This document shows, in pieces, positions 28,733-36,857 of a stretch of DNA of 61,469 nt. Positions within the stretch are counted from its first letter, which is position 1; every line of letters starts with the position of its first letter. The notes under the pieces are model-generated. The model was not told the DNA's origin, made no database searches, and was given only the letters and a program-made list of their open reading frames with translations. The stretch is from an uncultured Pelagibacteraceae bacterium (GTDB taxonomy: Bacteria > Pseudomonadota > Alphaproteobacteria > Pelagibacterales > AG-422-B15), in contig CACFGR010000001.1 of NCBI GenBank assembly GCA_902565955.1, positions 1 to 61,469 of the forward strand. The letters are read 5' to 3'. The translations under genes and the position numbers were made by a program.

Positions 28733-30375
28733 TGGCTCACATGTATGATACAAATTTAGACAAAAACGATGCAAATTTTACACCGTTGTCTCCTTTAAGT
28801 TTTCTCATACGAGCAGCGGAAGTTTATCCAAACAGAACTTCGATTATACATGGCAAAAAACAATTTACATGGTCTGAAACATATAAAAGAAGCAAACAAC
28901 TTGCGAGCGCACTTTCTAAAAGAGGTATAGGAAAGGGAGACACTGTTGCGGTTCTTTGTTTTAATACTCCTGAAATATATGAGACACATTTTGGTGTTCC
29001 GATGATTGGCGCTGTATTAAATACGATAAACATCAGATTAGATGTAGATACAATTAGCTATATTCTTGAGCACGGTGAAGCAAAAGCATTGATTACTGAC
29101 AATGAGCTTTCACCGACGATAAAACAAGTACTCGATAAGATAAAAAATAAAATTCTTGTAATAGATATTGATGATGAGCTAGCAAATCATCCTGAAGGAG
29201 CAGGAGAGAATCTTGGGGAAATAAATTATGAGGATTTTCTCTTAACAGGTGACAGTGATCTCGAATGGAGTTTACCAGATGATGAATGGCAATCATTAGC
29301 GCTCAACTATACGTCAGGCACCACTGGATTACCAAAAGGGGTTGTTTATCATCACAGAGGCTCATACTTGATGGCACTTGGATCTGTTACTGCTTTTAGT
29401 ATGCCAATGCATCCTACTTATATGTGGGTTGTTCCAATGTTTCATTGTAATGGTTGGGGTAATCCCTACACGCTCACAGCCCTAGCAGGCACGAGTGTAT
29501 GCCTTAGATATGTTTCAGCTAAAAATATGTTTGATGCTATTGCAGATCATAAAGTAACTCATTTTGGTGGCGCACCAATTGTTCTAAATTTTCTAGCACA
29601 AGCAACAGCTGAGGAAAAAAGAGAATACTCTCAACAAGTATATGTAGTCACAGCAGGAGCTCCTCCACCCGCAGCCACATTAGAAGCGGTTCAAAAAATG
29701 GGTTTTGACGTTACTCATGTTTATGGACTGACTGAAACATACGGACATATTTCATTATGCGCATGGCAGGATGAATGGAATGAGCTTTCAGTTGAAGAAC
29801 AGTCAAAGCTTAGATCAAGGCAGGGCGTAAAGTTTCCGATGATGGATGGTCTAGCAATTATGAACCCTGAGACTATGGAGCACGTTAAGAATGACGGTGA
29901 AGAAATAGGTGAGATCATGATACGCGGCAACTGTGTAATGAAGGGATATTTAAAAAATAAGGAAGAAACAGATAAAGCTATGGCAGGAGGCTGGTTTCAC
30001 TCAGGTGATCTGGCTGTAATGCATCCTAATGGTTACATTCAAATAAAAGATAGAAGCAAAGATATAATCATCTCTGGTGGTGAAAATGTCTCATCAGTTG
30101 AAATAGAAAATACACTTTATAAACATCCATCTGTATTATTTGCTGCAGTGGTTGCAAAACCAGATGAAAAATGGGGTGAAACACCATGTGCTTTTATCGA
30201 ATTAAAAGATCAAAATGATAGCGTGAGTGAAGGCGATATTATTTCGTTTTGTAAAGAAACTCTTGCTGGCTTTAAGTGTCCTAAAAAAGTCGTTTTTACT
30301 GAACTACCAAAAACTTCAACAGGTAAGATATTAAAATACGAACTGAGAGAAATGGCTAAAGCCGCCGACGCTTAA
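28732..30375 (+). CDS. AMP-forming short/medium-chain acyl-CoA synthetase (AAE7/ACN1-like clade)
   Basis: 547 aa. LNYTSGTTGLPKGVVYHHRG, VPMFHCNGWG, YGLTETYG and DRSKDIIISGGENVSS are adenylate-forming enzyme motifs. Confidence 0.85.
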   Translation: MAHMYDTNLDKNDANFTPLSPLSFLIRAAEVYPNRTSIIHGKKQFTWSETYKRSKQLASALSKRGIGKGDTVAVLCFNTPEIYETHFGVPMIGAVLNTINIRLDVDTISYILEHGEAKALITDNELSPTIKQVLDKIKNKILVIDIDDELANHPEGAGENLGEINYEDFLLTGDSDLEWSLPDDEWQSLALNYTSGTTGLPKGVVYHHRGSYLMALGSVTAFSMPMHPTYMWVVPMFHCNGWGNPYTLTALAGTSVCLRYVSAKNMFDAIADHKVTHFGGAPIVLNFLAQATAEEKREYSQQVYVVTAGAPPPAATLEAVQKMGFDVTHVYGLTETYGHISLCAWQDEWNELSVEEQSKLRSRQGVKFPMMDGLAIMNPETMEHVKNDGEEIGEIMIRGNCVMKGYLKNKEETDKAMAGGWFHSGDLAVMHPNGYIQIKDRSKDIIISGGENVSSVEIENTLYKHPSVLFAAVVAKPDEKWGETPCAFIELKDQNDSVSEGDIISFCKETLAGFKCPKKVVFTELPKTSTGKILKYELREMAKAADA

Positions 30376-31823
30376 GAAAAATGAATAGAATCGTCGTTTA
30401 GTCGGCCAAATTTAATACCAAAGAAATCTTTAAAATAATTTTGTGTATTGATCCATGGTGACCTACTGCCTTGTTGGGGGAATAAATGAATAGCTCGATG
30501 TATATATCCTGAGGAAAACTCAGTCGCGAGCCAATCTTTTTCAGCTTTCACATCCACTGGAACCCTTGGTACACAATGACTGTAGTTATTCTGATCAAGA
30601 TAATTAATTAATCTACAAGCATATTCACAGGTTAAATCTGCTTTCAAGGTCCAAGATGCATTAATATAACCAAAAGAATTTACGAAATTTGGAATACCGC
30701 TGAACATCATACTTTTATAAGTCATTGTTTCAGAAGGCTCGACCAATTTGCCGTCGACATGAACTTGGACACCACCAAAAGATTGTAAGTTTAAACCTGT
30801 AGCAGTTACGACAACATCAGCTTCAATATTTTGCCCTGATTTTAGCTTTATTCCCTTGCTAGTAAACTTATCGATATGATCTGTAACGACTGACGCTCTA
30901 TTGTCTCTTATTGAATCAAACAAATCGCCATTTGGAATAAGACACATTCTCTGTTCCCATGGATAATATCGCGGAGTAAAATGTTTTGAAATATCGTGAT
31001 TAGGCAATAATTCTTTAACTCCATCTATGAGCTTTCGTTTTACATATTTTGGATATGACCTACAAATTCTGTAGAGAAGCTGCTGAAAGAATACATTTCG
31101 TAACCTAACAAGAGTGTAAGACATTTTTTGTGGTAAAACTTTTTTTAAAAAATTTGCAAATCTATCTTCATCTGGACTTGGAAAATAATATGTTGGTGAG
31201 CGTTGTAACATCGTTACGTGTTTAGCTTTTTTTGATAGTTCGGGAACTATAGTTGCTGCTGTTGCGCCACTACCGATAACAACCATTTTCTTATCTGTAT
31301 AGTCAAAATCTTCAGGCCACTTCTGAGGATGTATTAATTTACCTTCGTACTTGTCTAGATCATCAAATTCAGGTGTGTATCCTTCATCATAATTATAGTA
31401 TCCTGTCCCCATGAATAGAAAATTTGCTGTTAATAATATTTCTTGCTCATGATGAGCAGCTCTTACTTCCCAATTTCGCTCTGCTGAATTCCAGTTTGCG
31501 CTTAAGACTTTGTGACTAAATTTTATTTTTTCGCGTAAATTATTTTCTTCAACTGTTTCTTCTAAATAACTTAATATAGAAGGTCCATTTGCTATTGTTT
31601 TTTGCTCCTTCCATGGCTTAAATGCATACCCGAGTGTGAACATATCGGAGTCTGATCTTATTCCTGGATATTTAAATAAGTCCCATGTACCGCCTATATT
31701 CTCTCTCCCTTCAATAATACAAAAGGATTTATTAGGACAATTTTTTTTTAAGTAATATCCAGCTCCTATACCCGAGATTCCAGCGCCAATTACAATTACA
31801 TTAAAATGATTGCTATTTTCCAT
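30372..31823 (-). CDS. Class B flavoprotein monooxygenase (Baeyer-Villiger / EthA-like)
   Basis: 483 aa. It has the FAD motif VIVIGAGISGIGAG, GGTWDLFKYPGIRSD, a BVMO-like fingerprint YEGKLIHPQKWP and a second Rossmann motif VVIGSGATA. It converges on the acyl-CoA synthetase gene with a 4-nt overlap of the coding ends. Confidence 0.8.
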   Translation of the reverse strand: MENSNHFNVIVIGAGISGIGAGYYLKKNCPNKSFCIIEGRENIGGTWDLFKYPGIRSDSDMFTLGYAFKPWKEQKTIANGPSILSYLEETVEENNLREKIKFSHKVLSANWNSAERNWEVRAAHHEQEILLTANFLFMGTGYYNYDEGYTPEFDDLDKYEGKLIHPQKWPEDFDYTDKKMVVIGSGATAATIVPELSKKAKHVTMLQRSPTYYFPSPDEDRFANFLKKVLPQKMSYTLVRLRNVFFQQLLYRICRSYPKYVKRKLIDGVKELLPNHDISKHFTPRYYPWEQRMCLIPNGDLFDSIRDNRASVVTDHIDKFTSKGIKLKSGQNIEADVVVTATGLNLQSFGGVQVHVDGKLVEPSETMTYKSMMFSGIPNFVNSFGYINASWTLKADLTCEYACRLINYLDQNNYSHCVPRVPVDVKAEKDWLATEFSSGYIHRAIHLFPQQGSRSPWINTQNYFKDFFGIKFGRLNDDSIHFS

Positions 31824-31828
31824 TGATA

Positions 31829-32458
31829 TTAATTCTTAATCGATATTTCCACTGCATCATATATATTATTTCTATACTCTAATTTCGAGCTAAAATTTTG
31901 AGACAGATATTTCCCGGATTCTCTCACATAGTCGAAATATTCAGCCATTTCATCTTTAAAAATCCCAACATTATCAGCAAATACTACAGAATTTTTGACA
32001 ATTATGCCCTTTGATTCCAAAAGTTTTAAATCCGAAAGATACTTATTCTTGGCATGGTCAATAAATACAAAATCAGCATTGAAATTTAATTTTGGTATTA
32101 TTTCCTCAGCACTTCCGTACATCAAGTTTACTTTATGATCTAGTCCAGCAAAGTTAATTAATTCTTTCGCTATTTCTATAGAGCGAATGTCTGAGTCAAT
32201 CGAAGTTAATTGACTTTTTTCTCCAATAGTTGATGAGATTAATACTGCTGAATATCCAATAAAAGTTCCTAACTCTATTACATTATTTGGTTCTGACTTT
32301 AAAAGATGATTTTTTAGAATTTCTCCTTTTTCTGGACCGACATTCATTAAGAATTGACCACTCTCTAACACAAAATTATCTATTGTTTGCAGTATAGATT
32401 TCGGATTGTTTCTTTCAGCATTTGAAAAAACATAATCCAAAGTTTGTCGCATTAACAT
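31829..32458 (-). CDS. Class I SAM-dependent O-methyltransferase (family 3, catechol/caffeoyl-CoA OMT-like)
   Basis: 209 aa. VIELGTFIGYSA (SAM motif I), the later FVFIDHAK and the overall size match O-methyltransferase family 3. Confidence 0.65.
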   Translation of the reverse strand: MLMRQTLDYVFSNAERNNPKSILQTIDNFVLESGQFLMNVGPEKGEILKNHLLKSEPNNVIELGTFIGYSAVLISSTIGEKSQLTSIDSDIRSIEIAKELINFAGLDHKVNLMYGSAEEIIPKLNFNADFVFIDHAKNKYLSDLKLLESKGIIVKNSVVFADNVGIFKDEMAEYFDYVRESGKYLSQNFSSKLEYRNNIYDAVEISIKN

Positions 32459-32461
32459 AAC

Positions 32462-33088
32462 TTATTTTAGCGGACTAGCGGCGCCCCAGTAATGATAGCT
32501 TAAAAATTTTGGTCCAGGAACGTACATGCTGTCTATTTTATCTATTTTAAAATTAGCTTTTGTTATTTCATTTGGAATATCTACATCAAGATGACAACCG
32601 CCCGCTATCCTTTTTTGAATCCCGTTCATTCTTTTTTGCCATTTCAAAACATTTGAGTCAGGAGATTTGCCATGTTCAGAGAATAGAAATTTAGCGTTTG
32701 GTTTCATAACTCTGTTTATTTCAGACATAGCACTGCCTAAGCCAGGAATGGAACACATTGTGTAAGTGCTAATCACTGTATCAAATGAGTTATTATCGAA
32801 AGGCAATTCCTCAGCCTTAAGTTGTTGGATATTCAAATCTATATTGTTTAATTCTGCATTTTGTTTTGCTTTTTTCAACAATATGCCATCTGGCTCAACA
32901 GCAAACACCTCAGATACATTTGCTTTATTGTAATAATTAAAGTTTAATCCTGAACCAATACCTATTTCTAATATTCTACCAGACGCAAAGGGTATTACTT
33001 TTTCTCTTTGTTTTCTGAATGGTTTCATTTGCATCGCATAATTAATGAGATGCGGACAAATATATTTATCGTATAGTTTTTGCAGCAA
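32462..33088 (-). CDS. Class I SAM-dependent methyltransferase (Methyltransf_11-like)
   Basis: 208 aa. ILEIGIGSGLN (motif I) and FDTVISTYTMC (post-I/II) are present. Confidence 0.7.
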   Translation of the reverse strand: MLQKLYDKYICPHLINYAMQMKPFRKQREKVIPFASGRILEIGIGSGLNFNYYNKANVSEVFAVEPDGILLKKAKQNAELNNIDLNIQQLKAEELPFDNNSFDTVISTYTMCSIPGLGSAMSEINRVMKPNAKFLFSEHGKSPDSNVLKWQKRMNGIQKRIAGGCHLDVDIPNEITKANFKIDKIDSMYVPGPKFLSYHYWGAASPLK

Positions 33089-34114
33089 TTATTTTACACC
33101 TAATTTTTTTTGAATATCGCTTGATGAAGTTGTGTATCGAAAAGTTAGCGTTTCATCTGGTCTAGCGCGTATAAATGCTTTCTGTGCTGCTAGGGCAGCT
33201 TCATGAAAGCCTGATAGAATTAACTTTAGTTTACCTGGGTAATAAGAAATGTCTCCCATTGCAAATACACCTGATAAATTCGTTTCAAAATTTTCCGTAT
33301 TTACCTCTATTTGTTTTTCATTCAAATTTAGGCCCCAATCATTAATGGGTCCTAGCTCCATTTTAAGTCCATAAAAAATTAAGATTTCGTCACAATCTAA
33401 AATTTTTTCATTTCCGTCATTATCTTTTATGATTGCTTTTTCAACTCTATCACTGCCCTTAACATCACTAATCTGATTTTTTGTGATCAAGTCAACGTGA
33501 CCTTCTTTAACAAGTTGTTTCATTAAATTAACCGTGTGATTAGCTGCTTTAAACTCATCACGTCTATGAACTAATGTTACGTGAGAAGCAATTTTTGAAA
33601 GTTCAACAGTCCAGTCAAGCGCGCTATCACCTCCACCAAAAATTATAATCTTTTTATCTTTATAAAAGTTTTTATCAGGTATCGAATATTGAATACCTTT
33701 ATTTTCATATTTTGATACATTTTCAATTGGTGGTTTTCGTGGCTCGAATGAGCCAACGCCACCAGCTATAAATATATTAGGAGTTTCAAAAACTTTATTG
33801 CCCGTAGTTTTAAGTTTCCATAAGTCGCCAGTATTTTTTATTTCATCAATTCTTTCATTTAGGTGAAACGGAGTATTAAATGGCTTGATTTGTTTTTGTA
33901 AATTTTCAATTAATGATAATCCGGTACACTCTGGAAGCGCAGGTATATCGTAAATTGGTTTGTCTGGATATAACTCAGCACATTGTCCTCCAATTTTGTC
34001 AAGATTATCTACAACGTGACTATCAAGTCCTAATATACCCAACTCAAATACTGCAAACAGACCCACAGGGCCTGCTCCAATTATTAGACAATCTGTCTTG
34101 ATAGTTTCAGACAT
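33089..34114 (-). CDS. Ferredoxin-NADP(+) reductase, thioredoxin-reductase-like type
   Basis: 341 aa. CLIIGAGPVGLFA, GGQCAELYPDKPIYDIPALP and a second nucleotide motif IIFGGGDSALDW match the TrxR-like FNR family. Confidence 0.8.
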   Translation of the reverse strand: MSETIKTDCLIIGAGPVGLFAVFELGILGLDSHVVDNLDKIGGQCAELYPDKPIYDIPALPECTGLSLIENLQKQIKPFNTPFHLNERIDEIKNTGDLWKLKTTGNKVFETPNIFIAGGVGSFEPRKPPIENVSKYENKGIQYSIPDKNFYKDKKIIIFGGGDSALDWTVELSKIASHVTLVHRRDEFKAANHTVNLMKQLVKEGHVDLITKNQISDVKGSDRVEKAIIKDNDGNEKILDCDEILIFYGLKMELGPINDWGLNLNEKQIEVNTENFETNLSGVFAMGDISYYPGKLKLILSGFHEAALAAQKAFIRARPDETLTFRYTTSSSDIQKKLGVK

Positions 34115-34166
34115 ATATTTATTCCTTGTTATATGATAATAAATAATATTACTTATTGATTATACA

Positions 34167-34766
34167 ATGATTTTATTGCGCAGATACCTATTATATTTAA
34201 TTGCAGTAATATTGATTGCTGTAGCCTTTACTTATGCCTCCGCCAAGCTTTACGAAGAATTTGCATTTATCAAGAACGACAATTGGCAAATTTTGCCATC
34301 TCCAGGCGATAAAAATAGAGATATTTACACAAGGGCCGCTGTCGCAATGAGAGGAACATTTGCTTTGGCAAAGCCTGAAGCTGCATATTTCCATGCATTT
34401 AACGACATTGAAGAACTAGAATTACAAGGCAACTGCAATTATCATTTATTCGGAAATGATATTGAATCTAGATGGTGGAGTATCACCGTCTACAATGAGG
34501 ACGGTTATTTAGTTGAAAATAATGAAAAAATATATGCGTTAAATAGTGAAACAATTGATTTTAATATCGATGGCGGGTTCGATATTTTTTTAACTAATGA
34601 CAATAATTTTATTTCAAAAGTAGCTGATAAAAATTGGATGAGAACACCTAGTGATGAGAGTTTTTCCGTCGCATTAAGAATTTATTTACCAGGTGAAGAA
34701 TATTTCTCAAAATTGAAGAGAGTGGATTTGCCGGTTATTGAAAAATTGGAGTGTGGTGATGAGTAA
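34167..34766 (+). CDS. DUF1214 domain protein with an N-terminal membrane anchor
   Basis: 199 aa. YTRAAVAMRGTFALAKPEAAYF...LQGNCNYHL...WWSITVYNEDGYLVENNEKIYALNS...DGGFDIFL follows the DUF1214 pattern as I recall it. Confidence 0.55.
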   Translation: MILLRRYLLYLIAVILIAVAFTYASAKLYEEFAFIKNDNWQILPSPGDKNRDIYTRAAVAMRGTFALAKPEAAYFHAFNDIEELELQGNCNYHLFGNDIESRWWSITVYNEDGYLVENNEKIYALNSETIDFNIDGGFDIFLTNDNNFISKVADKNWMRTPSDESFSVALRIYLPGEEYFSKLKRVDLPVIEKLECGDE

Positions 34767-35286
34767 TTTAGTTAAAAAATTATTTGCACTTGTATTCATT
34801 GGGTTTTCACTTCATCTAGTGATAATTTACTACACACCTAGTTTAATGATGAAGTTTATCGGTAGAAATTGGGAAGAGCAAAATATGATTAATAATTCAT
34901 TTGCTCGCGATTTACCTGACTCAGAATTTACTGAAGTTATAAGACCAAGCGCTGACATACTTTATGGTGGATGTGCTTATGACGTTACTTATTTTCCATT
35001 GGTTGTAGAAACTGAAGTACCTGAGTCTTACTGGTCGATATCATTCTTTTCAGAAAACACTGACAACTTTTCTACAATAAATGAAAATGCGCACAACGTT
35101 GGCAAGCTTAAAATTTATTTGTTTGGACCAAATTCTATGCCAACAAAGGTAAATGATGGTTTTATTGTTGTTTCCCCGTCTAACAAAGGCCTTATGTTAA
35201 TGAGACAATTTATAGGAAATGGTTCTAAACTTGATAAATTAAATGAGATACAAAATAGTTTAGACTGTAAACTTGAGGGTTCTTAA
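34759..35286 (+). CDS. DUF1254 domain protein with an N-terminal membrane anchor
   Basis: About 175 aa from the ATG at 34759, which gives an ATGAGTAA overlap with the upstream stop. [16 protein letters not shown]...[18 protein letters not shown]...LFGPN...[16 protein letters not shown] resembles DUF1254. Confidence 0.55.
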   Translation: MSNLVKKLFALVFIGFSLHLVIIYYTPSLMMKFIGRNWEEQNMINNSFARDLPDSEFTEVIRPSADILYGGCAYDVTYFPLVVETEVPESYWSISFFSENTDNFSTINENAHNVGKLKIYLFGPNSMPTKVNDGFIVVSPSNKGLMLMRQFIGNGSKLDKLNEIQNSLDCKLEGS

Positions 35287-35603
35287 AACTGCTTCTCAGG
35301 CATATTAACAACTAAACCGTCTAGCTCATCAGAGACAGTAATTTGACAACTTAATCTGCTGTTATCTTTAACGTCAAAAGCAAAATCCAGCATATCTTCC
35401 TCAGAGTCCTCTTTCGGAGGCAGTTTTTCTATCCATTCTTTTGCTACATATACATGACAAGTAGCACATGCACATGCACCGCCACAATCTGCATCAATAC
35501 CAGGTATTTTATTCTTGATCGCACCCTCCATGACAGTCAGCCCACTACTAACATCAATTTCGTGCTCCGCGCCGCTAAATTCGATATATTTGATCTTTGC
35601 CAT
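35283..35603 (-). CDS. [2Fe-2S] ferredoxin, adrenodoxin/putidaredoxin type
   Basis: 106 aa from [11 protein letters not shown]. Cluster ligands are [12 protein letters not shown] plus LSCQI. The 19 extra N-terminal residues in the track ORF are unlikely to be translated. Confidence 0.85.
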   Translation of the reverse strand: MAKIKYIEFSGAEHEIDVSSGLTVMEGAIKNKIPGIDADCGGACACATCHVYVAKEWIEKLPPKEDSEEDMLDFAFDVKDNSRLSCQITVSDELDGLVVNMPEKQF

Positions 35604-35661
35604 TGAGATTTTTTTAAGAATATTTAAAAATGCATTGCTTAAGGGGATCAAATACATCAAA

Positions 35662-35700
35662 AAAGCGCCAAAGCAAGAATTTTCTCACTTTAGCGCTTTT
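35662..35700 (-). terminator. Intrinsic-terminator-like hairpin 58 nt upstream of the ferredoxin start codon
   Basis: Minus-strand RNA: AAAAGCGCUAAAG-(loop)-CUUUGGCGCUUUUUU. The stem has 9 continuous pairs, including one G-U, followed by six U. On the plus strand the same position is a C-A mismatch, which favours minus-strand function. Confidence 0.5.
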
Positions 35701-35854
35701 TCTGGGGCCGGTCGAACCCCGAAACGCATGAACGTCTCATTGCGAACGGTCATTCTAGGAAGGTATTTTTTTTGAAACAAGGGGTTATATATGCAAAAAA
35801 GTTATCCACACGAATTAAGCACACTTATCCCCACTCAAACATTAACTTATTAAC

Positions 35855-36850
35855 ATGATATCAAAACCGTATTTATTATTTCTTGGAGACGCAAAAGATG
35901 ATTTGGCAATAAAGACTGCTGCAGGTGTTAATTACTGGCGTCCAGATTGGTGTATCGGTCAAATGAGCCTTCCAAATGCCAAATCTAGCTTAGGTTTAAA
36001 GGAAATGAGTATAGAAGAAGCTGTTAAGAATGGCGCCAAGACATTTGTTATTGGCGTAGTGAATGCCGGGGGCGTTATGCCTGAAGAATGGAAATCTATT
36101 ATAATTAATGCAATATCATCTGGAATGAATGTAGCCAGTGGAATGCATACAAAACTATCCTCGTTTAGTGAAATTGCAGAAGCGGCTGAAAGAAATAATG
36201 TTCAACTTCATGACTTACGGTTTAGTAAAAAACAATTTCAGACAGGAAAAGGAATAAAACGATCAGGCAAAAGACTACTTACTGTTGGAACAGATTGTTC
36301 TGTGGGAAAGAAATATACAGCACTCGCAATTGAAAGAGCGATGCAGAGTAATCAAATAGATGCATCTTTCAAAGCAACTGGACAAACTGGAATCTTAATT
36401 GCAGAAAGTGGCATTGCAATTGATGCTATTGTTTCTGATTTTATCTCAGGAGCAGTCGAATGGTTATCGCCTGACAATGATAATAATCACTGGGATATTA
36501 TTGAAGGTCAGGGATCTCTGTTTCACCCTTCATTCGCAGGAGTTTCACTAGGATTGCTTCATGGAAGCCAACCGGATGCATTTGTTGTATGTCATGAACC
36601 AACACGAACTAATATGAGGGGCGTGGATACACCTTTACCGAGTATAAGAGAGGTTATCGATCAGACAATACAAAATGGTAAGCTTACTAATAAGCAAATA
36701 CAATGTATTGGCATTGCACTTAATACATCTAATTGTGAGTCTGAGGCAAGTGATCATAAGGACAGATTATCTAAAGAATATGGCTTACCATGTTTAGACC
36801 CTTTACAAGACAGCCTTGATCCATTCATTCAGATTATTGAAAAAATTTGA
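35855..36850 (+). CDS. DUF1611 family protein (DgcN-like putative N-acetyltransferase)
   Basis: 331 aa. The N-terminal PYLLFLGDAKDDLAIKTAAG, a P-loop-like GTDCSVGKKYTA and its adjacency to an Ala-Glu-epimerase-like gene are typical of DUF1611 loci. Confidence 0.65.
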   Translation: MISKPYLLFLGDAKDDLAIKTAAGVNYWRPDWCIGQMSLPNAKSSLGLKEMSIEEAVKNGAKTFVIGVVNAGGVMPEEWKSIIINAISSGMNVASGMHTKLSSFSEIAEAAERNNVQLHDLRFSKKQFQTGKGIKRSGKRLLTVGTDCSVGKKYTALAIERAMQSNQIDASFKATGQTGILIAESGIAIDAIVSDFISGAVEWLSPDNDNNHWDIIEGQGSLFHPSFAGVSLGLLHGSQPDAFVVCHEPTRTNMRGVDTPLPSIREVIDQTIQNGKLTNKQIQCIGIALNTSNCESEASDHKDRLSKEYGLPCLDPLQDSLDPFIQIIEKI

Positions 36851-36857
36851 AACATTA

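Noticed and set aside
35701-35725. tRNA/tmRNA-like T-arm (GGGGUUCGACC...CCCC on the minus strand)
   Set aside because: The loop is 9 nt rather than 7. There is no acceptor-stem complement or CCA-compatible 3' end, no D or anticodon arms, and the spacer is too short for a two-piece alphaproteobacterial tmRNA. I treat it as part of an unclassified structured RNA.
35604-35854. Replication origin (oriC), suggested by the consensus DnaA box and the divergent spacer
   Set aside because: Only one perfect and one near-perfect box are present. There is no cluster of boxes and no obvious AT-rich 13-mer-type unwinding repeats beyond the background AT richness. None of the usual alphaproteobacterial origin-flanking genes (hemE, dnaA, parAB) are nearby. 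Transcriptional use of the boxes is more plausible.
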